64,000 bases of DNA, from contig NIVC01000921.1 of the NCBI GenBank assembly GCA_002269645.1, positions 344,284 through 408,283 of the forward strand, written 5' to 3'. The position numbers were made by a program, and so were the translations under genes. Shown one piece after another: positions 49,601-61,231 of the stretch; position 1 is the first letter of the stretch, and every line of letters starts with the position of its first letter. The DNA comes from Macrostomum lignano. Its lineage: Eukaryota. The notes beneath the pieces were generated by a model. That model worked only from the letters and a program-made list of their open reading frames with translations, searched no databases and had not been told where the DNA came from.

Positions 49601-52154
49601 ATGTCTTTAACAATAAATGGGTGGCAGAGAAGTTTTCATCCTCAAAACGATTTAATCGCACAGAATGGCAACTATCTTTTAAAACTGTTTAGAGCTTATA
49701 TTACAGTTGAAAACTACCTTCTCTAAGCTTGCTTGATTGCTATCCCAAAAATATATAGTTCGCCTTTCTGCATTGGAAAAGGTTTGAAAAATTCCCGGAA
49801 AGCTTCGCTTCTGTGAAATAAAATCACACTGATGTCAAGCATGCGGACTTCGTAGAGCTTTTTCGAATTTAGAGAAGTCATTTTAATTCCTGGAAAAAAG
49901 TCTATCCAACAAAAAGTTTTGTACTCCCCAATGTTATATTCATGTGTTCCCTATCCGTACCTGGGCTAGGCATCATTATTTGAGCGAAATACAGATCCGG
50001 TGGTGAAACTCAAATAAGAAATCAACATGTAGCAGGTATCATGCTTCATCGGTACTTGCGGGAGTTTGCATCCGGCATCGGGTTGGTGCGACATGTAAAA
50101 CATTTATCTTGGCAACTGCAAACTCTGATATTCAACACCAATCCAGACGGGGCTCAACTAAAAGTTTGCCCAGCGCGTTCAGTTTGTTGTGGACGCTGCA
50201 AAATTGAGGATCTGTCTTATACTGAAATTTAAAGTAGTCAGCTAAATCTTTAGCCACATTTGGCAAATTAAATATTGATTTGTCAGTCTATTAGCGATTG
50301 ATATTCTGGACCCAGCGAAATGTTGTGGCTCATGTGGGAAATTACTGAGATATCAAGACTCATGAGGGGATTGCTAAAATGCTGTGGCTCATAGGGGGGG
50401 GGTTCTCAGAGTTGTTGGTAGGCCAGGCATCAAAGGGAGAGTTATAGGGCTTTGGTGCCACAATTCGCAGGGGGGCGATACTTTTTTTGCTTTAGACATC
50501 ATTTTCCTTAGGATACTGAACTCGTAGACTGCACAAGGTCAAAACCTACATGTAGTTTGTTAAAAAAATTTTATTCCTTTCTCTGTTTCCTCCGCAAGAC
50601 TTTTATTGCCATAAACGGAGAACCTTCAATCTTGCAAATGCATCTTTCAGCCTACACCCATTTTACTTGAGTTGTCTATGGTCCAGACATCAGCAAGCGT
50701 GACAAGCGGCAAGCAAAAATCACCAACAACCTACTAACCGTAGCCTTGAAAAGATTACGCCTCCGCTAGCCAAGCCGTTACTATTGAGGAGAAATCTTCC
50801 AGCTTCTATTGTCAATAGCTAGCTATCCTGAGCAAATATTGCTCAAGCTGGTTTAATCCATTGCATTCAACGCACCCACCGCACCGGATTCATGCCGCCT
50901 TAAGTCCATGCAGGCGCACGTAAAAACTGAGCAAATAGTGCAAAAAATGAAAACATCTGAAAAGCTGAGAGGCACGTTCTTGAAACGCGATAGTCCCAAC
51001 GGGGGTGAGGCATATTTCTGGCAGGAATGTGTTCCCAATGCGAGCTAGATGTTCAAGAATACGATTAAACCACACTAAAGGAAACGACTGCCCAGGATGG
51101 CCAAAGTATGTTGGTTTACAGTAGGAATACCGTCAGCCGTAAGGTTGCTTGAGAGGCTAGTTGAGGATGTCCAGCAGTCAAGGTTTGCCCACTGTCCACT
51201 GGCATGGTCAGCGATATCAGACCTAGACAGAAACAGGATGTCCATAGTTACCTGGTGGCGGAGCTCCACCCGGGAGAAGACCAGTGACCACCGAAGTCAG
51301 GGCTGATGCAGACACACGTAGTCGACGTGCTGGTTAAATCTGGAGGCTTGGCAAGGCTTATGGGAAAATCCGTCCCTCTGGAAGAATCGTTGAATATCCG
51401 GAGGTTTGGTGACTTGATTCTTGTTTGAGAAGGTGTGCAGGAACAGATGTATTTAATTCTTGAATTCCGTGTACCTGCATTGCTCCGTTGTACAGCAGCT
51501 AAAAAACAGTTCCACCAGCATGCACAAAAATAGGTCTCGGGCTTGTCGGATGATTCGACCCCACAGGTTGTACATCCTGTGTGAGTTTGTGTCTGCGTAC
51601 GTATCTGCATGCGTTTTAAAGGGTAAGTTGAGTGGGCAATGGACATGGCTGCTGGTCACCTGTAATAGCAACCTTTTTTTACACTTCAAAGATTTTTTTC
51701 GAAGCAATGGTAACAAATCGGAGGTCAGAAACCACTGATAGACAGCCGACTACCAATTTTGATTGTTTATTCAAAACCACTGGTTCGTTGATAAACTTCC
51801 GGTAGTCCACGCTTCATTGAACTGGCCTCATAAACTCGATGCAACTTGAAACCACATTGTTAAGATTTTTCCAAAGCTCTTAGTTACCAACTTGGTTGTG
51901 TAGTTTAACAAAGTTCCCAAGAAGAGGAATCCGAGACTAGTAAAAACTACCAGAAACGAGAAACGAGAAGCTTCCGAGGATCAGAAGTTCCATTAACGCA
52001 ATTTGACAAGCCGGAACACGACACATAAAAAACATCAACCGAGCCTCGAAAACTTTTCGTCCCCACGGCTAAAATTTTAGCGGCAGCTAAGTTGGGATAT
52101 TTGGATTTCAGCAGCCAGTAAAACTGTAATCATTCATTGCCCAAAGCCTCATCA

Positions 52155-53033
52155 TCAGCAGACGCCGTCCATCGCGCGGATCTCCTCAGCGGTCATCGCC
52201 CGTTTTACTATGGTGAAGCACTGGAACACTCCGTTGAACGTGTTGCCCTCGGCAATAGCGTAGCCCAGCCGAATGGCGTCCGGCGTGTAAGCCGAGGTTC
52301 CCCGCGCGTTGGAAGTGACCTCCTGCTCAGCGCCGGACACGAACAGCCTGGCTCCGTTGCAGCCGTTCAGCACGAAAGCGAGCGACACCGACTGCTCGCT
52401 AGTGCCAATGGGCATCACGCTCTCTTTAGAACGGAACGAGCAGGGCCAGACGAAGTAGAAGTGCACAAATCCGGATCTCTCGTAGAAGAAACCGGGTCGA
52501 TCGACCGACGGCCCCTTGGCTAAGTTGTAGACGCTGAAGAACGCCCGGTTGTTGCTAGCTGAGTCCGGGTAGGCTCGCTGCACCTTGAGAAAGAAGGTCA
52601 GGTTCTGCGGCGGAGCGGCCAGAAAGGTGCCTAGACCGAGCAAGTCAATGTAAGAGCTGAACTTGCCGAGAAAATTCAGCCCGACGCCGTCGATCTGATC
52701 TACGCCGACGTACTTCACATCCGTTGAATTGGTGATCGAGTGGCCTGTTAGAAATCGTTGGTCAAAGCCGAGCAGCAGCTGCGTGTCCCCGTCGTCCACG
52801 GCCAGCTTGAGGTGGCTGACGGCACCGGGCTGGGCGACCCAGCCGGCAGACCAGGCTGTCGAGTTGCCCAGCCAGCAGTGCGGCGCGACGTGTTGAGCCA
52901 CCCGACAGTCCGGGTCGGCGGCGCACTCGACCTGGCAGCTGGCCGGGGCTGACGCGCCCGTCATCAGACGGACGCCGGCAGTGGCGTTGCGGACAGCGGC
53001 TGGCAGCGCGGTCGGCACGGCTCGGAAGGACAC
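52155..53033 (-). CDS. PAN/Apple-like Cys module + LamG/concanavalin-A-like domain protein (5' end/signal peptide not found)
   Basis: 292-codon GC-rich open frame. SCQVECAADPDCR..CWLG is PAN-like; C-terminal IRLG..FNGVFQCFTIVKRAMTAEEI matches the usual LamG_3/pentraxin ending. Starts at GTG, so an upstream exon is likely. Confidence 0.55.
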   Translation of the reverse strand: MSFRAVPTALPAAVRNATAGVRLMTGASAPASCQVECAADPDCRVAQHVAPHCWLGNSTAWSAGWVAQPGAVSHLKLAVDDGDTQLLLGFDQRFLTGHSITNSTDVKYVGVDQIDGVGLNFLGKFSSYIDLLGLGTFLAAPPQNLTFFLKVQRAYPDSASNNRAFFSVYNLAKGPSVDRPGFFYERSGFVHFYFVWPCSFRSKESVMPIGTSEQSVSLAFVLNGCNGARLFVSGAEQEVTSNARGTSAYTPDAIRLGYAIAEGNTFNGVFQCFTIVKRAMTAEEIRAMDGVC

Positions 53034-53394
53034 CCGCTGGCTGCTGGCTGCTACAAGCTCCCTCTGAGCGAAGCTGCATGGTTGGGGATCGCGGAGACGT
53101 TTGGATGAAGAGCCATATTATTGTTGTCTACCACTTAGCCCAAAGCCCACTATAGGGAGGTGCTCTGCTGACGTTGCGCGCATTCGGCGTTTCTTCGACT
53201 GCCTGCTGGCTAACACCGGACACCGGTTCCCAAGGGCTCAACACTATGAGCCTATGATAGGAGTCGCCAAGAGTCAAGTGCTATGAGTCAAGAGTGTCCT
53301 AATTCAAGAGCGGCTTGTGTGTCCTATGAGCAAGGGAAGGCAGCTCGGAGCGCCTGCAAAGTCGAGTCGAGTCTGTTGCGCAATTTTCTAAGAA

Positions 53395-53590
53395 AATTGA
53401 GAGTGAGATTCTGTGAGATTCTGTGAGATTCCGTGAGATTCCGTGAGATTTTGTGAGGTTCCGTGAGATTCTGTGAGATTCTGTGAGATTCTGTGATATT
53501 CTGTGAGATTCTGTGAAATTTTATGAGAATCTACGAGATTATTTGAGGTTCTGTGAGGTTTGTGAGATTCTGTAAGATTGAGATTCTGAG
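53395..53590. repeat. 10-bp minisatellite (GAGATTCTGT)n
   Basis: Read directly. Confidence 0.9.
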
Positions 53591-54362
53591 TGACGATCAA
53601 CTCTTATCGGATTCTTCAGAGCACCTTTCATTTTCACAACTTCATAGTATTGAAAAGTATTTGTAGGAAATTCCGGTTGTCACTTAATTGCAGGTCATAG
53701 TTTCATAGTTTCTACATGGCTTGACTCCCCCCACCAACTGTCCTGAGCTCGTTCCTTAAGAACTTGGCAGTATAAATATTTAGCAGTTTAGCTGCATTAT
53801 AATGTCACGCTATTATGAGTATACTGAGAGTTAAGCATAGGGACTAGTTATACCGAATCATTACTGTAACTTATCGCACTAAGTGCCCCATCTTCGATAA
53901 TTTTTATTAAAAAAAACTTTTCTGCCAATAGCATGCATCAAAGCCGATCCATTAATGGTCGTTAATGCAACAAAGAGGCCTGCCAAAAGGAATCCCCCCA
54001 GGGCGAGTCTTCTCTAGCAGACTATCTGTTTGAGTAGCAAATGTGAACTCAAGAAGCGACTCAGCTGGATTGTTGCCCGAGGCCTCCCGTTGATGGTTGA
54101 GTGCAAGCAATGAAGTAAGATACCCAGCTGCCTGCTCCAGTGGCTAGTGCTTTGTTTGACTTCGATTCCTAGATACTTTGTCAATATTTACATATTTCCG
54201 CTGCTACCATTGCGAAATACTGTAAGTTCCTTCACTAAAAGAGAGAATTGCTCAGAAATGCCGAGTGTTTGAAGCCAATAGTTGCCTACAAATTCCTTCC
54301 GTGTGCGTCAATCAGACACCTAGTTTTGCATTCTGCATCTTCTATACTCATCAGAGTCTAGA

Positions 54363-55025
54363 ATGGGGAGATTCGGAGTAGGAAGATTCGGAGTGGAAAG
54401 ATTGGGAATCGGGAGATTCGGGGTGGGGAGATTCGGGATGGGGAGATTCGGAGTGGGGAATCTCCATCTCCATAGGGAATCACCAAGATTCGGTGGCGAG
54501 ATTCGGAGTGGGGAATCTTCATGGGGGATCACCAAGATTTGGTGTGGGGAGATTCGGAGTGAGAAGATTCTGAGTGGGAAGATTCGGAGTGTGGAGATTC
54601 GGAGTGTGGAGATTCGGAATGGGAGATTCGGTGGGGGAGATTCGGTGGGGGAGATTCGGTGGGGGAGATTCGGTGGGGGAGATTCGGTGGGGGAGATTCG
54701 GTGGGGAGATTCGGTGGAGGAGATTCGCAGTGGGAGATTCGTGTGGGGAGATTCGGAGTGGGGAGATTTGGAATTTGAGATTCGGAATGAGAAGATTCGG
54801 AGTGGGAAGATTCAGAGTGGGAAGATTCGGAGTGGGAAGATTCGGAGTGGGAAGATTCGGAGTGGGAAGATTCGGAGTGGAAAGATTCGGAGTGGGAATT
54901 TTCGGAGTGGGAAGATTCGGAGTGGGAAGATTCGGAGTGGGAAGATTCGGAGTGGGAAGATTCGGAATTCGAGATTCAAAGTGGGAAGATTCGGTGGGGG
55001 AGATTTGGAGTGAGAGATTCGGAGT
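54363..55025. repeat. 15-bp-type minisatellite (GGGAAGATTCGGAGT / GGGGAGATTCGGTGG)
   Basis: Read directly; source of the GRFGV / KIRSG pseudo-ORFs. Confidence 0.9.
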
Positions 55026-55612
55026 GAGCTCAGAAGTTAGAGTGAGCTCCAGAAAGTCAACTCAAAATACCGAAAGCATGAATGACTTACAACAAAAAAC
55101 TGTAGACCACTTGGCACAGAAGCATTGCTGAGGAGAATTCGTCTCGGGATTCCAACAAGTGCCAATGCTGGACAGGTTTTATGCCAGAATTGTGAGCACG
55201 CCAACCTGCAAATAATGACTGTGATATGCGAATTGAGCACAGCCAATCAGCCTCGCTGCTGTGCCTATTTAAGCTATTGTTGCCATTTGTATGGAAATGC
55301 TATGATAAGAGGCACCTTACCCCACCCCCATTCGTTATCTTCTGGATGAAGCTTGGTATTTGATTGGCCTAGGCCATAAAAGGATTGATGTAGGTCAGTT
55401 GAAATATACGAGCTAAATTACACTACAATGGTATAGAGATATATGGTTAGGTCAAGCTGGGGACCCTTTTAGTAACCCAAGCCCATTTCACCACTTAACT
55501 GTCTGTGGTCCAACTTCCTGCTGGAGCGATGTTCAATGCCACTGGTGGGATAAAGACTGAAATTAGAAATATCTAGCTTAAAATGTTTCAGAATGAACAA
55601 TAACAACTTCAG

Positions 55613-58600
55613 ACTTGCTTGCGTTGCACCATAAATTCAAGTCAGTGCCAGTCGGATCCCAGCCCAACAAAATGGCAGTAGCCAATGGCGGAACCGTAAC
55701 AGCGGCTGGGGATAGTCGGGACCAGTTGAAGGCGAACTGCTCACCTGAGAAGCCGACAATTCTGTCGCTGCCCTACCAACTGGCTGGTCGGAGCGCGCTG
55801 TTCCGCTGCACCTACGAAGACCAGGTTGGCTACACAGTGGCCCTGCGGCAGCAAGTCGCCTCCGGCACTGTTGTAGGCATGAATGCAAACGCGTGAGTCT
55901 GCGGCTGAGACGATTGAATCTTTGATTTCTGTAGTTTAATTTCTGTATTAGATCAATATTTGCAAGATCAGAGCCTAGTTACGGCCCTCACACTGTAACT
56001 GGTAATGGTGAAAAACTAAATAAGATCTTGCTTAGATTTTTTGGGCCATAGTACACTCATACAAGTGTTTGGTGGGATTGATGATAGTCCTCAGTGTGTG
56101 ACTGGGGCTGGTGATAGTCCTCAGTGTGTGACTGGGGCTGGTGATAGTCCTCAGTGTGTGACTGGGGGCTGGTGATAGTCCTCAGTGTGTGAATGGGGGC
56201 TGGTGATAGTCCTCAGTGTGTGAATGGAGCAGCTGGTGATAGTCCTCAGTGTGTGAATGGAGCAGCTGGTGATATTCCTCAGTGTGTGATTGGAGCAGCT
56301 GGTAATAGTCCTCAGTGTGTGATTGGGGCTGGTGATAGTCCTCAGTGTGTGATTGGGGCTGGTGATAGTCCTCAGTGTGTGATTGGGGGCTTGTGATAGT
56401 CCTCAGTGTGTGATTGGGGCTGGTGATAGTCCTCAGTGTGTGATTGGGGGCTTGTGATAGTCCTCAGTGTGCGATTGGGGGCTGGTGATAGTCCTCAGTG
56501 TGTGACTGGAGCTGGTGATAGTCCTCAGTGTGTGACTGGGGCTGGTGATTGTCCTCAGTGTGTGACTGGAGCTGGTGATTGTCCTCAGTGTGTGATTGGG
56601 GGCTGGTGATAGTCCTCAGTGTGCGATTGGGGGCTTGTGATAGTCCTCAGTGTGTGACTGGAGCTGGTGATTGTCCTCAGTGTGTGACTGGAGCTGGTGA
56701 TAGTCCTCAGTGTGTGACTGGAGCTGGTGATTGTCCTCAGTGTGTGACTGGAGCTGGTGATTGTCCTCAGTGTGTGACTGGAGCTGGTGATAGTCCTCAG
56801 TGTGTGACTGGGGCTGGTGAGCGGGTCTATGAAATTTGCTAGCGAGGATTTTGCTAGCCGAAATCTGCTAGCAGGAATTTTGCTAACCAAAACCGGCGAT
56901 CAGCAATTTACGAAGTTGCAATTTGCTAGAGACAATTTTTCTTGTCCGATTTCGCAAGAAACTTTGCAGGACTTATCATGCAGGACAAATAAATTTGCGC
57001 TTAATTGCTCTAATTACTTTACTTTAGAATTTTTACTATGTACACTGTACCGTAATCGATGGAAAATATCTATACATTTACGATACATATAGCTATAGTA
57101 AATTGTACTTTGGACATACATGTATCTAGCTATAGATACTGTACACCAACTGTGTGTTACTGTATGCTAAAGCACTTGGAAATCGACAAAATCATTTATA
57201 ATTTTTTATCCTACCTCTCATTTTATAGAAGCATAAAATACATGTAAAGAATGTAAACACATGTAATTGCTGTTTTTGATGCTGACTTTCCAGCTGTGTT
57301 CCCAGCAAAGTTTATCTAGTTGAATTAGCTGTGCATGATTACATGCAATATGCAAATTAAATTTTTATGTAATAATTTTGCGCATTCAGTGATATACTCC
57401 TGGTAACAGTGAAAACTGTGCTTTCGTAGATAATCTTTTTTAGACATTGATAATGTTTTAGCGCTAAAAGCAGGTAGTTCACGTAGTTAAATTTAAACAT
57501 ATCTACGAACAACTTTCAGTCTAAATAGCTTGCAGTGGCAGTATAAGTTATATATTTACTCGTACAAATCAAAGGCTAGCAGATTTCGGCTAGCAGAGTT
57601 CGGCAAGCGAATTCCGGCTAGCAAATTTCGTCTAGCAGATTTCGTCTAGCAGATTTCGTCTAGCAGATTTCGTCTAGCAGATTTCGTCTAGCAGATTTCG
57701 TCTAGCAGATTTCGTCTAGCAGATTTCGTCTAGCAGATTTCGTCTAGCAGATTTCGTCTAGCAGATTTCGTCTAGCAGATTTCGTCTAGCAGATTTTGTC
57801 TAGCAGACTTCGGCTAGCAGATTTCCTGCTAGCAGATCTCGTACTCCCCTGGTGAGCCTGTCCTGAGTAAAGGTGAGGCACTCACAAATGAAGTGAGGGA
57901 CGGGAACCTGCAGCGCGGGACTTCCGGCAGTGGGGGTCGTTTAGAATAGCCCAGATCGTTTTTTGGATTGGATATAGATCGGTACAAATGACTACATGTA
58001 AGTGAATTTGTACAGCAAAAGCTTCCCGCCCTACTCCCGCAGAATTCATAAACCCATTGAATGTCTCGGCTTCAAAAAAATCCAAGAGAACATCGCGGAC
58101 GCAAAGATTGCTGCAAATGGGCGAAAGCTGAGCATTCTTATTACCAGTACAGGAAACAGCCACCCCCTGCTATGTGAGTGGCTCTTCCTTCTGTCTCGGT
58201 CTCAGCTGGTGTCCTAACTACCTGACCCAGCCTCGCACCTGTCCCTTTTCGCTATCAGCTGGTGTCCCAACTACCTGACCCAGCCTCGCACCTGTCCCTC
58301 TCTGCTATCAGCTGGTGTCCTAACTACTTGATCCAGCCTCGCACCTGTCCCTCTCTGCTATCAGCTGGTGTCCCAACTACCTGATCCAGCCTTGCACCTG
58401 TCCCTCTTCGCTATCAGCTGGTGTCCCAACTACCTGACCCAGCCTCGCACCTGTCCCTCTCCGCTATCAGCTGGTGTCCCAACGACCTGACCCAGCCTCG
58501 CACCTGTCCCTCTCCGCTATCAGCTGGTGTCCCAACGACCTGACCCAGCCTCGCACCTGTCCCTCTCCGCTATCAGCTGGTGTCCCAACTACTTGATCCA

Positions 58601-61231
58601 GCCTCGCACCTGTCCCTCTCCGCTATCAGCTGGTGTCCCAACTACTTGACCCAGCCTCGCACCTGTCCCTCTCCGCTATCAGCTGGTGTCCCAACTACCT
58701 GATCCAGCCTCGCACCTGTCCCTCTTCGCTATCAGACGGTCCAAGCTACCTGACACTCCGGCCGTACACCAACCGGATGTACCAGATGTGCAGCAAGTGG
58801 CGCCTGGTGATCTCATTGCGCCACGCAGAGGAACAAATGCGACAGCGGGCACCAGCTTCCTCACTGGATCCGGTGCCGTCTTCAGCCACGAGGAGTTCAC
58901 GCCGTTTACAGTTTGCATGGCAAATCCGAATCTGGAGTCTGTGCTAGGTAATCAAGGCTCGCAGGACTCGGCACTTTATTTCTGTTTAGCGCGGCCCTAC
59001 TTTTGAGGAAAAAGTATTAAGATCATAGAACAATTATTGTAATATTGTTTAGAAAAGAAAGAATACTTCACAGCTCTCAATATTTGCTACCATTCTTCTG
59101 CATGAGTGCTCTCAACACTCGTTATTTACATTTCAGCCGTTCATCCAGGCAGATATCTGGCTAAACCAGTCGGGTAAGAGCCCTATCGTTATTCACGTTC
59201 CCAGCGAACTAAACATTTTGTCACAAAAAACTCTGCTAAGCATGCTTCTGACTTGAGTAGTTGGCAATTTTTTCCATGATGCTTTTGCAAACTGGCTGAG
59301 GGCAAGTAAAAAATCCTCAACGGGAGCTGGGGCACTTTAGTGGATTAGTTACGCTCGTATTTGGCTTTAGTGCAGCGTTTGGGTGCAGTAGACACGCACT
59401 TATCGGCAGCACTGCCCGCCTCTAAGCACCAAGCCTGAATCTGATAAAGCATCCAAGTCACGAGAGTTTGCGCTCTACCGTGGCTAAGCGCCGTCAATTT
59501 CAGCGGCAGCATGGGCGACAAGATGCAGCTGGTTAAGATCAGACGGGACCACGTCCGGGAAGACCTGCTCAACTTTTTGCAACAGCGAGTTTCAGAAGAT
59601 GTCCAGCGCTCAGGTTATTATGCAGCAGTACATTGAGCGGCCGCTGGTGGCCGACAAGCGCAAGTTCGACCTGAGAGTCTACATGCTGGTGGTCAATCCC
59701 AAGCGGGCCAGGACCGATCCATCTGGCTGCACTGAGGGTGAGTGCTGAGTGCCCAGTCTGAAGCCTCTATCTTTTAGCGTTAAAATGCTCCTGAAATTTC
59801 ATTGCCATCCTACTGTGTGTCTGCCATGGTAGAAATCTACTGGCCTGTTCCGCACAGAAAATATATTGGTTGTTGGATTGGCATTAATCTGTGAGACGCT
59901 CATTAGGTTAAGTGCTGGGTATTTTTTACCCGACTCTATATTTTTAGTCTGTACTTCCCTCAAGGCTGATGATGAGACCAGAGATACTTTCGGAATGGAT
60001 GCGAACTCGCGTTCACACCGTCATCAATAGAGCCATCGAAAAGCGCATGATTGATTTACAAAGGGACGAAAGTACATGTACGTATGTACATCACGCAAAA
60101 TCAACCTTATACGAGCTATTTAAATGGTGTGAATGGGACTTAAATTTTTGGAGCAAAATATCGAAAAATTTTGTGGAGTTTCGTGTGCATGCACTCAAAG
60201 GGCGTCGCCATGCACCGAGGGCAGGGGGGACGGACATGCCAGTGCTTTGTCCCCCCCCCCACCAAACCTCGTGACCCATTATGGAAATCAATAACTTTGC
60301 TTCAGGGCGACAAAATATAGTGCCTGTGGCGCCAAAATGAGTGTCTGCGGCGCCAAAATGAGTGCCTGCGGCGCTAAAATGAGTGTCTGCGGCGCCAAAT
60401 GAGCGCTGACAACGCCTATTCTGGAAATAATGTACACCACCAAAAATCCATGGCGACGCCCCCGCATGCACTGCTGAGCTGTGTAAACTCGGGTTGCATC
60501 GTTTCGAGAAATCTCGATACACTGCAAAGTGGATTCTGTAGCATTACCGATGAATTTAACTACGAGCGTATTTGCATTGCATGTACCTTGAAACCAATAA
60601 TCGCTTGTAAATAACTTTTTGGCAGACTGCGAGATGGGCTACTTTGTGTTCATGCACCCGGGCTTCGTGCGGCTCAGCTCGCTGCCCTACAATGCCGCCT
60701 CGCCGGACCTGGCCGTCCACCTCACCAACCAGAGCGTGCAGGCCAAGCAGACCAGAACGTTCGGCCAGCTCAAGGAGGTCACCACCTGGTTTCCGGACGA
60801 GCTCAATGACTACTTCAACAAGCGGCACCGGCTGCGGGATCGCGACTGGGCCAAGGGAGCTGTACCCGAAGATCGGCGCCCTGCTGGGCTACGTGTCGGC
60901 CGTGTTCCGCTACTTCCTCGACGATCGCGACTGTCCGAGCAACGCGTTTCGCATCCTCGGCGTCGACTTTCTGATTGACGACGAGCTCCGAGTCTACCTG
61001 CTGGAGTTCAACGCCTACCCGGCCTGGGGCTGCCAGACCTCCGTGCTTGCCGCGCTGAAGCCCAGCCTGTGGCGCGAGGCCGTCTGCCTGTCCAGCGAGG
61101 TGGCGATTCGCTTCCGGAGCCGCCTGCCGGTGGCCGAGCAGCACCTGGTCACCAGGCAGGACTTCGGCCTGGTGTTCAGCTCCGAGGAGCCGGAACTGGC
61201 CCGGCGAAATATTGCTAAGATTTACAAATGA
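55613..61231 (+). CDS. TTLL10: Tubulin-tyrosine-ligase-like protein, most similar to TTLL10 (polyglycylase); exons 55613-55892, 58043-58173, 58736-58947, 59137-59173, 59504-59737, 60626-61231; three 1-nt frameshifts as sequenced
   Basis: Motifs EEFTPFT, YLAKPVG, QQYIERPL..RKFDLRVYML, HLTNQSVQ, LKEVTTW..LNDY, GVDFLIDD..VYLLEFN. Splice phases match. Indels in homopolymer runs at ~58848 (GGG), ~59575 (TTTTT) and ~60856 (GGG). The true first exon is uncertain. Confidence 0.7.
56075..56820. repeat. 30-33-bp minisatellite (TGATAGTCCTCAGTGTGTGACTGGGGCTGG), TTLL intron
   Basis: About 24 copies. Confidence 0.9.
56823..57848. mobile_element. Mutator-like (MULE) non-autonomous element with expanded subterminal repeats
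   Basis: 9-bp TSD CTGGTGAGC (56814-56822, 57849-57857); G-starting imperfect TIRs GGGTCTATGAAATTTGCTAGC / GCTAGCAGATCTCGTACTCCC (16/21); inverted GCTAGC subterminal motifs. Confidence 0.7.
57590..57835. repeat. 14-bp minisatellite (GATTTCGTCTAGCA)n in the right arm of the MULE-like element
   Basis: Read directly. Confidence 0.9.
58190..58735 (+). repeat. 53-bp tandem repeat (~10 copies) filling TTLL intron 58174-58735; the last unit provides the acceptor
   Basis: Unit CTATCAGCTGGTGTCCCAACTACCTGACCCAGCCTCGCACCTGTCCCTCTCCG; the exon starts after the final CTATCAG. Confidence 0.9.
60195..60463. mobile_element. hAT-like MITE in the last TTLL intron
   Basis: 13-bp TIRs GGGCGTCGCCATG (60200-60212) / CATGGCGACGCCC (60449-60461); 8-bp direct repeat GCATGCAC (60187-60194, 60464-60471); internal GCGGCGCCAAAATGAG repeats. 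Confidence 0.7.

Noticed and set aside
54363-55131. GRFGV/KIRSG-repeat ORFs, and the similar CVTGAGDSPQ, YDPICQ and DFHGVQ ORFs elsewhere
   Set aside because: Products of minisatellites lacking stops in some frames; no splice or composition support.
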